From positions 124,001 through 188,000 of the forward strand of contig JAQGDQ010000039.1 in assembly GCA_030141605.1 (NCBI GenBank): a stretch of 64,000 nucleotides of DNA, read 5' to 3'. The position numbers and the translations under genes are program-made. Below, piece after piece: positions 28,201 through 41,200 of the stretch. Numbering within the stretch: the first letter of the stretch is position 1; every line of letters begins with the position of its first letter. The DNA is from Tubiluchus corallicola. Lineage: Eukaryota > Animalia > Priapulida. Under the pieces are notes generated by a model. It searched no databases. It was not told the DNA's origin and saw only the letters and a list, made by a program, of their open reading frames with translations.

Positions 28201-29204
28201 TAATTATTAATTACAGATCCGAGATTAACAAAACAATTAACAAAACTTTCGAACTGCAATAAAACTGCCTAGTCAGAGATCATCGTAGCTGATTTATTTA
28301 CTGCATAGAGCCTAAAAATCCAATGTTGTTACTTAACTGTAGATAGGATGTCGTGTGGCTTAGCAGAACGATAATTTTGAGAGAAATAGGGCGCTTCTTT
28401 GAATGCCGATTGTGTTTTTGTGAAACCTGAAGTGTTCTGTATCTTTCATTATCTTTGCATGATTTAATGTTGGAGCTGAATGTTGTGTTACGAGCAACTA
28501 ATACATAGAGAAGAGTTCCTCTGGTGCAGTACCGCAATTCAAACTCAGGGTGATTCTTAGAAAAAATTTGTTTACCTTCATCCCATCATGTCGAAAAAGG
28601 AAAGTCGGGCATAGGGAAGCTAAAAAACACGCATAATTTGTAGTTTCATCCACGAAACAAATGATCAAAACATTAAAAGGTTACGGCGCCAGAAGTTTTT
28701 TTTGCCCTCGGGCGCCACAAGCACCTGGATTTCTAATAGCACCAGAATATATCTTGAAGCAAACATGAATGTTTCCATATCACCAAATACTGTGATAAAC
28801 TGTTTTAGCGTCTGTAGATTGTTAAAATTATACCTGAATTCGAAACCAAATTATCTTCTAAGGATGATGAGTTCACGTGAAGTTGAAAACAGCCCCTCCC
28901 TCTGGCCGCCAATTAATAATTTCTCACATGATCGGTTATATAAGTACAGTGACGTAATGACTCTCATTCCGGGCATAAGTAAAATATTTCTAAGCAGTAA
29001 CAGCGTGCTAGCGTTTCAACGATATATGTACATAGAAGCCAGCGAAAAAGAAAAAGCTCTTTAACACAGCTTTTGCTAATGGAACATGACGACCCGACGA
29101 CAGTTGACTTGCTCGTTCGTCAAGTAACAGAAACCGAGTGTGTGTGGTCGTAGATTGCGTGAGTGATAGTTGGAGGTTTGTAAAAAATGGGAATGTTTAA
29201 AAGG

Positions 29205-29273
<69 letters not shown>

Positions 29274-32200
29274 GGAGATTCACATAAAGACGTTTATACC
29301 CTTGCCGCAGCAATTTCTCTTTCTATTTTTAGAAAACAAAATTTACTTTTTAGCAAACTATTTATAACTGGGCGGTTGCGGTTTCTTTTATGAATGAGCA
29401 AATGCACCCAGCTTTATCAAAGCGGGAATATATAAAAATATAAGAAGCTCAAATTATGTACTGAAGAGAAGCGTCAATGCAACTAAAACACAACTGAATT
29501 AATTTATTACAGATCTATATTTTTTATGGTTAGGCTGCTCTAACCTAGAACATAAAAATTTACCGTAAAGATAATGGTAGGTATTTATTGCTCAATTTCT
29601 GTTTCTGGAATTTACTAATTACAAAAATTTTAAAATGGTTTAACGATGATGCATGACTTATAGGAATAGATAGCTCTTTCTTTTATTTTCTGTTGCTTTT
29701 CTTGAAATTTCTTTATTCTCATTTTAATTTCTCTTCATTTATTTGTCTTTTTTCTTGTCTGTTTTTTTTCTAAAGCTTTTTCTTTTCCTTTCATTTTATA
29801 TCTCTCTTTTCTTTCCTGTTTCCTTCTACTTCTTATTTTCTCACTTTTTTATCTCTTTCTTCCTTGCTTTTTTCATTTTTAATTTTGAGATGTTTTTATT
29901 TTCCTTCCCTATCTCTTCTCTTCTCTTCTCTTCTCTTCTCTTCTCTTCTCTTCTCTTCTCTTCTCTTCTCTTCTCTTCTCTTCTCTTCTCTTCTCTTCTC
30001 TTCTCTTCTCTTCTCTTCTCTTCTCTTCTCTTCTCTTCTCTTCTCTTCTCTTCTCTTCTCTTCTCTTTTCTGCTCTCTTCTCTTCTTCTCTTCTCTTCTA
30101 TTCTCTTCTCTTCTCTTCTCTTCTCTTCTCTTCTCTTCTCTTCTCTTCTCTTCTCTTCTCTTCTCTTCTCTTCTCGTCTCTTCTCTTCTCTTCTCTTCTC
30201 TTCTCTTCTCTTCTCTTCTCTTCTCTTCTCTTCTCTTCTCTTCTCGTCTCTTCTCGTCTCTTCTCTTCTCTTTTCTCTTCCCTTCCCTCCCTCCCTCCTC
30301 TCCTCTCCTCTCCTTTCCTCTCCTCTCGTCTCTGTTCTTTCGCTCTCTGCATCTGTTCCCTTGCCTTCTCGGGTTTTCTCAATCTTTTGCTACATTTCCT
30401 TTTTCTTCTCTGCTCTTCTTCCCTCTTCTCCTTTCGCTTTCATCACCAGCTTCTGGTCTGTTTTCCTTCCTATCCATTCTCATCATCTCTTTCTGCAATT
30501 TTTTCTCTTATATGAACATTTTGCTCCTTTTCCCTTCTTCCTTTTCTTCCCTTCCATCCCTCTATTCTTTTTTCCTTTTGCCCTTTCCCGCCTCTCCTCT
30601 TCTTTCCCCTCTTTTGCTAGCCGCTTTTTTCTTTCATGCTCCTTCCTTTTCTTCTTCATATTCTTTACATTCCACACTATTTTATTTTTCAGCTTCAGTT
30701 TTAGATTTTCAACTGCAGCATTTAGCAGCAATTACTTCTAGCAATTTGTTTACTGTTTGGAACATTAATTATTTTTTACGAAGAATTCTCAGACGCCCGC
30801 GTCAGCGAGAACGCGGTTACGTGTGATGGGCACTGATGGCGTTTCCAAAATCCTCCACAGAGGGCGCTACGTCTAGCACAACTTCATGACTCTAGGCACA
30901 CTCTGCTGTAACGTGTTGTGCGTAGTTTATTCAAAATTTAACTGTTTGGTTGTTGGCGTCTCTCTCTGTTGTCAGTTTGCTATAAATGTTCATACTGGCC
31001 GACCCAGTGTCTACAGCTCAAAACAATTTCGTCCTGATTGTGCTGATTTGCAGCCTGGCATTTGCTGAAACCGCTTCCAAAGTATACAAGGCATTATGTA
31101 AAGCGTTTTTGTTTTGGGAACGTCTTGAGATAACAGCGCATTTTTCAAATTCCTTGAACGCCGGCACAGTAAGGCGGCGCGTAAGTGGCGACAACTCACA
31201 TCAATAGTAAAGAAATGCTACTGAATCTATCATCTATCGGGCTTCACAGAGGGAGGCCAATACGCATAATGGTGGCATGTCATAGTCTAGATTATGGGCT
31301 TCACACTGAGCAAAAATTTTAATGCTATTCAAATAGATGCGATCATTTCTTAAGTGTCTTGACTGGAAGATATGCGTATAAATTCGTAGATATCAAAAAT
31401 TCTTCTTAGTTACCCACCACTAAGTTCAGTTAATGACTCGGTTAGGTTGTTAGGTTACTCGGACATAAATTTACATGAAGTCTTATATGATGATGATTAT
31501 TATTAATAATATTATCAACATCATTATCATCGTAATCATTATCATTATCATTTACTATTACTATTACTGTTACTTTATTATTATTATTATTATTATTGTT
31601 GTTGTTGTTGTTGTTATTATTATTATCATTATGTCTCGCGTAACAAAGTTTGAATTTACAAAACTGAAATCTGTGTGTAAAGTAAATTTTCAAAATTGCT
31701 ATTACGCTGGTGGTGTAGACAAACGGACAAACGAACGAATAAATAAACAAATAAACAAACAAACATACAGACATACAAGCAAACAAACAAACATACAAGC
31801 AAACAGAAAACAAGCACGCAAAAACAGACAGACAAACAAACAACAGCAGAAATAGAATATAGTCAGTTTTACTCAGTTAAGAAATTCATGTGCAACACGT
31901 GAGAAAACTGCAAGTATGGTACAAGTGATTAATAAGGAAGCATCGTTAAACTCTACAACACCATTTGTTCATTAGTGAAAACTATTATGACTTATGAAAC
32001 CTGTAACAGCTCAAATGTATCGGAAAAATACACGCATGGTTTTAGTAGCACTTAAATTTAACTTTTAGCAAATTTAATTTGTGCTTGAAACCGTAAATGC
32101 AATTATAACCTTTTTCCATTTCAACACGAATGTATGTGTTGTCTATACTTTATTGTGATATTGAATAAGCTTAATCTCTAACATTTATTATTACGTAAAT

Positions 32201-35200
32201 TTCGTGACTGTGCTCTGCAAATAAAGGGCTTGTTTGGATTGCATAGTTGCATTATGTATTTTTTGAATAAACTAGAGTTATAATGATAATAATAACTTTT
32301 AACATAACCAAATTTCCAGCTAAATTAATGTGATACTGATAAGATTACATAATTGCATTTCTCAAAAACCAAACGTATGCAATTGCTAAGACTTGCAGAC
32401 TTGGTTTAGTTACTTCGTCTGCCTTCTTCCTGCGAAAAAATTGTGCACGTTAAGCCCCGTTCACACTGTAAATCGGTTGAGCGACAGCGCAATTAAGCAT
32501 TGTTTACGTGCCAGAACTGTCAGTGCCTCACCTCTATGGCTTTGATTTGTTGTTCAACAGGCGATAAATTGTTGTAAATCAACGCCTCCAGGATTTAAAA
32601 CAACATCATTACACGCTTGGTGCCAGAGTTCAGGCTCGCTCGTAAAACTAGAATCAGCAAACAAATCATCAGCTATTGCCAATGCAAAAAATACATACCA
32701 CGGAGACTAAAATTGCGGAAAATTACACTTATAAAAAAGAATCATTAATGTTTTTTAAATGCAGGAAGGATAAAATCTGTGTTGTATCTTTCATCACCAA
32801 CAACAACAGCATCGTCGTCATCATTACCGTCGTCGTTGTCATCATAGTCGTCGTCGTCGTCATCATCATCACCACCATTATCATTATTATCATCGTCACA
32901 TGCCCGTTGCATCCATTGTAGACTGGGCAAGCAGAATTCTAAAATAAACGAAATCTCATCACATTGAAGGCAGATATCTTTCATCATTATTTTGTAAATT
33001 GAAGAAAAGAATTATCGAGGTGTTCATTTTTGCATGATATTGTATGCCTTGGTTAGTAGTGTCATAAATTGTGCTGATTATTTGTTTTGGCTTGATTCTA
33101 GCCTTGAAAATGACATCCGTTGTCGAAACGATCGTCTGTGCTAATAAACAACATGTTTATTCCTAGACGCTGGCTCTTTCAAGTATTATACCAGTTCTTA
33201 GGTCTTTTTGCTAAATGTACATAACAGCGATCTTACAGCTTCATCCGGTTTAACCCTTGTGCTTATTTTGTCACACGTTTTCAATAGCGTCAACGTGTTG
33301 AATTTTAAAAATGAACTTCTCTTGCCTTGTTTGTTACTAAAACAGTTTTCAATTTTTCAATTACTTTGTAGAGTTTTAATTTCTGGTGAAATACCAGACA
33401 TACTGTTTTATAGTTTGGCACGAAATTTAGTTGTCTATCACGTTGTCAGGACTCAAGGGTAGTCCTGTAAGATGGGTTCCTGAAATGGCAAAGCTGCGCC
33501 ACTTTTGAATGCACAATCAGTTATACATCCTCCTTGAACAACCAGACGCAGATGTCAAGCAGCTGTAACCGCCCATTTTACATTTCCACCTATTCATTTA
33601 TTAACTAGATCAGGCGTTGCTTAACTTTGCAGGCAAGCAGATATCGTGACCACTACGTAAACACTCTCCCTGTCCGAACTATTGTTTGTGTGGTTACTAC
33701 TCGATTATTGTTTACGTCATTTTGAAGCCTGAATTTCAATTAATTTTAATTTTAATTTTAGGCTGCTCGTTCGGAGGCAAAATTCATGAGATCGGATCGA
33801 CGTGGAATCCCTACCTGGGAGAATCTGTTGGCGTTTTGTACTGCATGAAATGTGAATGCGTAGCGGTAAGTTAAGCCTTGTTTTTAACGATTTCAAATTG
33901 TAGAGTAGCCTTTCTTTCAAGTGCTAAAATGTGCAAGATATTTTTGTAAAACTAAAGGAAATGTCGACATTGCCTATCGCCGTTTTCTTGGCTTAAAGGT
34001 TCTACAGCGACCCAGGTCCCTGGCAAATATCAAATATCATCAAGTATTATGTTATTTCAGCAAAATGGAATTTATTGTTGATAGGTTTCGAACAGTACTG
34101 CTCATTATCAAGACATGTAAAACAATGAAATTTAACAGAATCTAAAAACAACATCAAAATACAGTTCAGTAGATAATTGCCAATAGATATAGCTCATTGT
34201 CTACCACAAAGACTGAACCCTCTACTCCAAATTTTGGATTACCCTGTGTAATTTGTAACTGCACATTTTTCTTATATAGCCGTGTTTTGTCCGTTGATAA
34301 AATAAAAAAAAATGATCAGCTACAAAATACACAAGCCAAACCAAAATTTGGAGTAGAGGGGTCAGTCACTATGGTAGATAATGGTCTATATCTTTTGGTT
34401 ATTAACTGCTACTAACTGTTACTATTGAATTGTATTTCAATGTTGTTTTTAAATTCACGTAAATTTCTTTGTTTTAGATGCCTTAAAAATGAACAGATTT
34501 GTTCGAAACCCGTCGGCAATAAATTCCATTTTGATGAAGTTACATTTATTTACCAAATATGGATAATTCTATTATGTTACTTTATGTTTTAGTAAATCGT
34601 AACGTAACATCACGATAGGCACAACAAGTATAATCCTATAACGTTTTTGAGTCGCGTAGCATAAAGCCATTGTGTTGATTTGCAAATGAACACTTTTCAT
34701 CATGAACAATTATCGAAATTTTTGAATCTGTAGCAGGTTTGTTATATGACCGTTTAACTATTTTCTAACTTTAAACAATATACTAACAGGTTTCCTTTGA
34801 GTTGGAATGTTTTTCAAAACACATGGTTTGGAATTTTTTCAATTTCTGTTATCATAAGACAGTATTAACCACGGGGGCTGATTCTGGCAGATAACGTCGA
34901 AATTAAAACAGACATTAAAGCAGAAATTACGCAGAACGTAATGTGATCATTTTTTGAGATAATTTACCGAAAATTTTACAAATAGTCTGTGTTTTTTTTG
35001 GTAAGAGTTTGACAAATAACAGCTGGTTAGCAGTAAGAAACTACAAGCAACACTTTATTTGAGAGTGAAACAATCATTTTCTCAAAGCTGAGAGAACTCT
35101 AACTTCTTCGGGTTTCCCGCCACAAAACTTGCGGGCATTGCTTACCATCTGAATCTTCTTCTCATCCATTAATAGAAAATAAAATAAGCCTTTTCGTTGT

Positions 35201-38200
35201 GCGCACGCGAGGTTGCTGCAGGGCGAAGGTTAAGTGTACCACAGCAACGCGTCTTCGCTACAACCGTCACGTGACATGTGTGCAGGGCAAAGCCATATGT
35301 CGCATCAGTTCAGTAATGTCAGTTGCTTTACGTGGACTTTACTTGATAATGCATTACTCTACGCGTAGAGTGATTGAGTTACTACCAGGATCTTGCTTGG
35401 GAACAAGAAAAAGTGAACTAGGTAACGTTCTGGCTACCTGGTAAAATGTTACTATTACACTAGCATGGTCTGAGTGGCGTTGTCAAATGTACATAAATGC
35501 GTTGTCTGGTATGCTTAACCTTTGACCTTTTCACGATCATCATCAATCGCTGGAACTGTGAAAAGGTTTACTGCTAGCGAGTTCTTCTTACGTGTGAAAC
35601 GTTCTACTGTCCAATACGTGCCCATCAAGATTAGAAGCTATTTCTTCTGTTTATTGTTAATCTATATTGCTTGGCTTTTGGTGGTGGGGCTTTTGGCTGG
35701 GCTATAAGACCTGTATAAATAAGCAATACCACCAGTTGAGTACTAAGTATTTACTTCTATATTGTTGTGGAATTAGGTACACGCCAAAGAATGCAACATT
35801 GCGCCATAAGTAAGAAACAAGCTTGAATAAGTGGCTCCCCCCAGCGAATAATCAGCTCCATTAGTGGTTATTGACGGACTGGCAAAAAAGCTTTGTTGTT
35901 TTATCTTGGTTAAGGCTTTCAATCATTTTCATAGTATCACAATAAAAGTATGAATCGAGTGTCAATCAAAGTAAACGGTAAACTTGAAACTAGGTAGCCG
36001 TTTTGTTCATCATTATTTTTTAGAACTTAAATTTCCGTTTATGTGCACGTGGCCAAAATAAATTCTAAACGGATATAGCTCTTTTTTTGAAGACCCTACT
36101 ACGTGGAGTGTTCGCAGATTGTTGAGCCCTACCTCTCGAAGCAACATGTTTTCGCCGTTTCGTTTGGGTATTTGTCTCCGTTTACGATTACCATTACAAT
36201 TATAGCGAATCTAAGCCAGTGTGATGCTTATAGCAAAAATCCATCCACAACTGTGGAAATAGGACTGAGACTTCTGAAGCCGATTCGTCTTTAAAGCAAA
36301 ACCGGACCCAGTCTTAAACTGTAGGTCAAAACAATCTACTATTTAAAATATTGAAAGGAAATGTACTATTTTTTTCAAAAATGACTTACGTTAAAGAATT
36401 ATTACTGCACAAGCACAATTTCACGTTCGCGCCACTAATACTTCGCTGTTACATGCATTTCGTCATTCGCTGGTCAGACGGGCGCTAGCGCCTGCATTTC
36501 GGAAATGCAATGCACAAAAACAAGCGCTGTACCTCTCAGTTCAGATGTGAATTTGAAATTTGCATTTTTATCTTAAAACTTCCCTAGTTTTAGTACAACA
36601 CACTGAATATCTTACTGTAGCACTGCACTTCAGTTTTCGCTTTCGCAAATAGCGTGGCATATGTTTGCTGCTGAAAATTATGTTAGTTTGTTGTAATAGT
36701 TGGGCTCGTCCGCCGTTAATTAAGTTTTTAATCTATTATTTAATTATCAGAAACGCTTTTGCAGTATTAATTGTGTTAAAATGTGTACTTTTTATTGGAC
36801 TTGAAAGTGGGGTAACATATGAAAAATCATCCTGTCTTCCTTTAAGCATTTTATTTTAACTAGTCATTTTGTTTGTACCCTAGTAAAACATAGTGTACTA
36901 GTAGTCCAAGATAACTGACAATAACACGTGCTTACGAAACGAACAGATGTCAAATTTTTCGAATTGTGTAGGAATTTTGTTTAAAAATAATAGCGAGATG
37001 TGAAGGGCAAGAAATTATTATTCTGGCTGCAAATATTTTTTGTATATATAATAATTGTTATTATTGTTATAATAATAAGTTGTAAAAGTTTTAATTTTTC
37101 TACTTTAAAAAACCGTTGGAGATTTTTTTATCCACAAAATGATGTTTAAATTCGAAGTTACTAAGGTGTGCCAGGTTAAAATTAAGTTAACAGTAATATG
37201 CCAAAATTTAATTCAATTCAATTAAATGTTATTTCGGTAAAAAGGTACAAAATAAAAACTGAGATCACGTGCAGGAAATTTGCATCCTATTTACAAATAA
37301 ACAGTAAAAAACAGTAACACAATAAATAAATAGAAAGTAAGTAAATAAGTAGCATTTAATAAATAAATAAATAAGTAAACATTAAATAAAAATATAAAAA
37401 TTAAAATTAATAAACGTAGCTCACTGTATTTTAAAGTTCATAAAAATCTTACGTCAACTTTCTAATGCACTTTTGTGTTTCTCGCCTACAATTTTTAGTT
37501 ATGAATTTTGTTACTATTAATTCAATAATAATCGTCGCCTTCGTTGTTAAAATTGCTGTTGGGGCGATGCATCCAACTGAGACAATAAGATTTAAAGGGA
37601 ATCATTAAAAATTTCCTTGGTTACTAATTGACGTCGAGAATGCTTATTGTACACAACTGTCAATTAAATAAATACATCATTAACAAAGAAATTCAAAATC
37701 TATCGTTTTAAAATTTCCGAAATTATATTTATGTCAGACTAAACTACTGCACGTGAGAATAATTGTTTTGTTACTGTATCATCAGTTCTCGAGACATTTA
37801 GCAAATTTCAAAATTACGAATTCAGGCTAATTCAATTTTCAAAAACATCTTCTTGCTAAAATCTCATAGATACATAATTTATTTTAATTACAGACTTCTT
37901 AGACCACGTGACCACTAAAGTTTTGAAGCTGTCAGATTTCTGGCGCCTACCGTGACCTAACACGTTGTTATCTTTTATAAAACTTCATTTTTGTAGGAGG
38001 GAATCTTTCTCTAAACAATCAAATGGCACAAGAACAAACGTGCCAAACGGATACTTGAAAAGTTTGCATTGCAGAGTTTCCTTTTTCCTGGAATAATCGA
38101 TGAAAAATTAATCGCTTGTCACTTTCCCATTAATTCTCGATCGTCTGTTTATACAATGCTCACATAATTCATTTCCAGAATGTACACAAGAAGTGGGAGA

Positions 38201-41200
38201 AACTTCGTCAGGGCTGTGCTATTTACTGAACTGTGGTTGAACCCAGGTTTTTAGGTTCTGCTGTACAGTTTTCGTGATACTTTCTCGATTTTGATAACTT
38301 AATATTTTTGCTAAACTCTCCTTCCAGCATTTGTCAATAGAAGGACAAAAATGTACGACATAGGACTCATGTGAATTTCCGCCCCTATTAGTATAGTTTG
38401 AGTTGCGAGGAAATTAATGTGTTACGTAACTTATAGGTTGTTGCAAAAACACGCTCTCCGGCTGATATTGACACACGCAAATCGTTTCCTGGAACGTCTA
38501 ATAATTGTATCCAGACTGAATTTCGATTTTTGGCGCGATGGTGTATGCAATCGAAAATTGACGGTGTAATGGCGGGAAAACTGCTGGTTAAAAATTAAAC
38601 TACTAAAAGCAGGCAATCCTGCGCATCGCATCGCAAGAAAGACGTGCGGATGTGGGCTTACGCATTTTTCATTTTTATTTATGAAATATTGGCTTCACTT
38701 CTCCTGTTACAGTTTAGTAAAACATCAAAAGCATTAAATTTCACACAGTGACGCAAGACCTCCTGATGTTAGGAAACTGGGTCTAGCTGGCCAACTGTAA
38801 TGGCCGTGGGTCACGATAAAAAACTTTGTTTTAAACTTGACTTAAAAGAGAGAGAGAGAAGAGAGAGAGCGAGCATGTCTAAATTCTAATAAACATATAT
38901 TATCTAATCTGTTTAATTATTCAGATTCCACATTTCCGCAGAGCATCTGCTTTTTCCTTTCTGGCTCCAGTTACAGTGAATCTTTATAAATAAATTCGAG
39001 TTAGAGGTCTCAACGGCCCAAAGCGCGCTCGCTAGTTTGCGATAGAACAAACGAATTATTGTAATATGGCCGGGATGAAGACTACTGCCGCTGGGACTGA
39101 GGAGGAAATGATCTAAGGCTATAAGTTATAATGATTTAATGCTACTGAATGATGATTTGACTAAATGAAAAATATCCAGTGTGATCAGGAACTACATGTA
39201 CTAATCGCTTAACTTAAAACGTTGGTTGCCATTCATTAGTTTCAAAACATAATTCTTTGTTTCAGAATAATGAGCGTTTAACTTTTTATTAATGTTGTTA
39301 AAGTGATGACAAGTTTCAGTAGAGCAGTCTTATAGTAAAAAATAATAAAGAAGTCTTAATTAAAATTAACTAAAATTTCTCTTTAAAATTCATATTATCG
39401 GGTTTTAAAAATCTCCAATTAATTATGATTGCCAGAATTTTTATAAACTATTGCGGTTTATTTTCTGTATCGGTGGCGCTTTTGGATTAGAGCTACAAAG
39501 AAGAAATCTTAGGCCTGCTCTGTCATGCTAGGCTGTTAGCTTAGGTGATAGAGCTTGGGAGTAATAATCCCAGGTCTCAGGTTCAAATCCCGACTAATTC
39601 TCAGTTTTTCGGTGTCTCCTCCAACGCATTACCTTAATGATAATATTAATAAAACAAATAGCAATCGTTTATAAAAACTGTGGTAATCACAGTCATAATT
39701 AATTAATGATATAGTTAGATGCCAGTTAATTTGGGAAAGGATTTTAAAAATCCTTCATGGTTCTGCAATTGAAAAAATATGGAATCAATAAAAATTCTGG
39801 ATTCTTGGATCACAATAAGCCAACCAGTCAAAACGTTTGCTATGTATCCAATTACATACTAAAGATTTGTTACTATATTTTTAGTAACAAATTTATATAT
39901 ATTTCTTTTTCCTTTTTAGTAGCAAGTGTTTTTACCGTTGGCTGATTCTATTTCAATATATTTCTATATATATATGTGTATATTATATAAAATGGTTTCT
40001 ATGCATTGTGAAATAAATAATAAATATTCTTATTTCATCTTATCTTATCTTACTAATAGTTCATGGACATTTTTGAAATGCACGGTTCTGCTCTGATTTC
40101 AGCATTTTTCTGCGCCATTCATTTTACGAATCCTGGCGTCCCAGCTTTCCCTTCATCATTAAGAAAATGGCTTCTTCGATGTCAGATTTATGTTTTTATT
40201 GCCCCATTTCACATCCATTACTCAGTCTCCACGGTAGAGTAAAACTTATTCCAAGTGAAATCTGATTATCTTGGTTTGGATACTTGCACTTTTCCAAGTA
40301 AAAGCAGGAGTCTAAAAAACAGGAATTTTTTTCTAGGACCTGGATATAAGTTTCATAGAGTTTTATGACAGTCTAATCTAGGACTCGTTGCTATAAAGCT
40401 GTCAGGCTTATTATCAAGCTCTCAATGCTATATCGCCTAGAATAAAATTCAAATGGTCTGCTCGTCCACGGTTTAGCCGGGTAAGTCCGATGGAAATTAG
40501 CTTCAGACAGCTTAGTAGTGATTAATCAGGCGTGAAGATGATGGGCTTCCCAACGGATAGGATCTAAAGTGATGACTGAACGTTGCGAGTAAGTAATTGA
40601 TATTGAATTGAGTGTCTGGATCCAACAGCATTCTTAAGATGGATGACACATCAGGACATGTATTCTGAAGACATGCGTTTGTAATGGAATTGCAAGAGCT
40701 CTGAAGACGCGACGTGACAGGGGTTAGCGCTGGCATTGCAAGAGTTCTGAATACTTGACGTTACTTGCGTTTATAGTAACATTGCTCGACTTCTACAGAC
40801 TTGCCGTTGTTCACGTTTTGTTTGAAAGTTTTTGCCATTGCAGCCAGGTCAATCAAATGTTTTGCTGACATTTTTACACGAAATCATTAATCTCATGAAT
40901 GTCGATTGAGGAGCATGGCACATTTTCATCACCATACGTATCTTGACACGACAGCAAAATGTAACTTTACCGTTATTTCTTCACGGCAGTTTCATGCTGT
41001 TGAAACCCACAAGTTATGGACGAACCAGTTATAATCAAGGTTTTTGGCTGTGCATAGGCACTTTGTTTAGCTGTCAAAAACAGTTGAGAGATGTGTAAGT
41101 CGTGAAACATGTTCTGAGGCCAAACGAACATACATGACAACTAGCTGCTTTAAAGTTATTTCCTACTGTCTTCACCGCGCTGAAACCGAAATCATAATTA

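Noticed and set aside
29743-30826. 332-aa and 320-aa ORFs (FSSLL repeats) and antisense EKRRE ORFs
   Set aside because: Artefacts of the stop-free (TCTTC)n/polypyrimidine tract.
36473-36492. BMP/Schnurri silencer element GRCGNC(N5)GTCT in chordin intron 2
   Set aside because: The spacing between the GC box and GTCT is 7 nt rather than the required 5.
39536-39594. Functional tRNA genes here, at 3161-3220 and at 51330-51397
   Set aside because: Acceptor and D stems are degenerate, so these are treated as SINE heads or pseudogenes.
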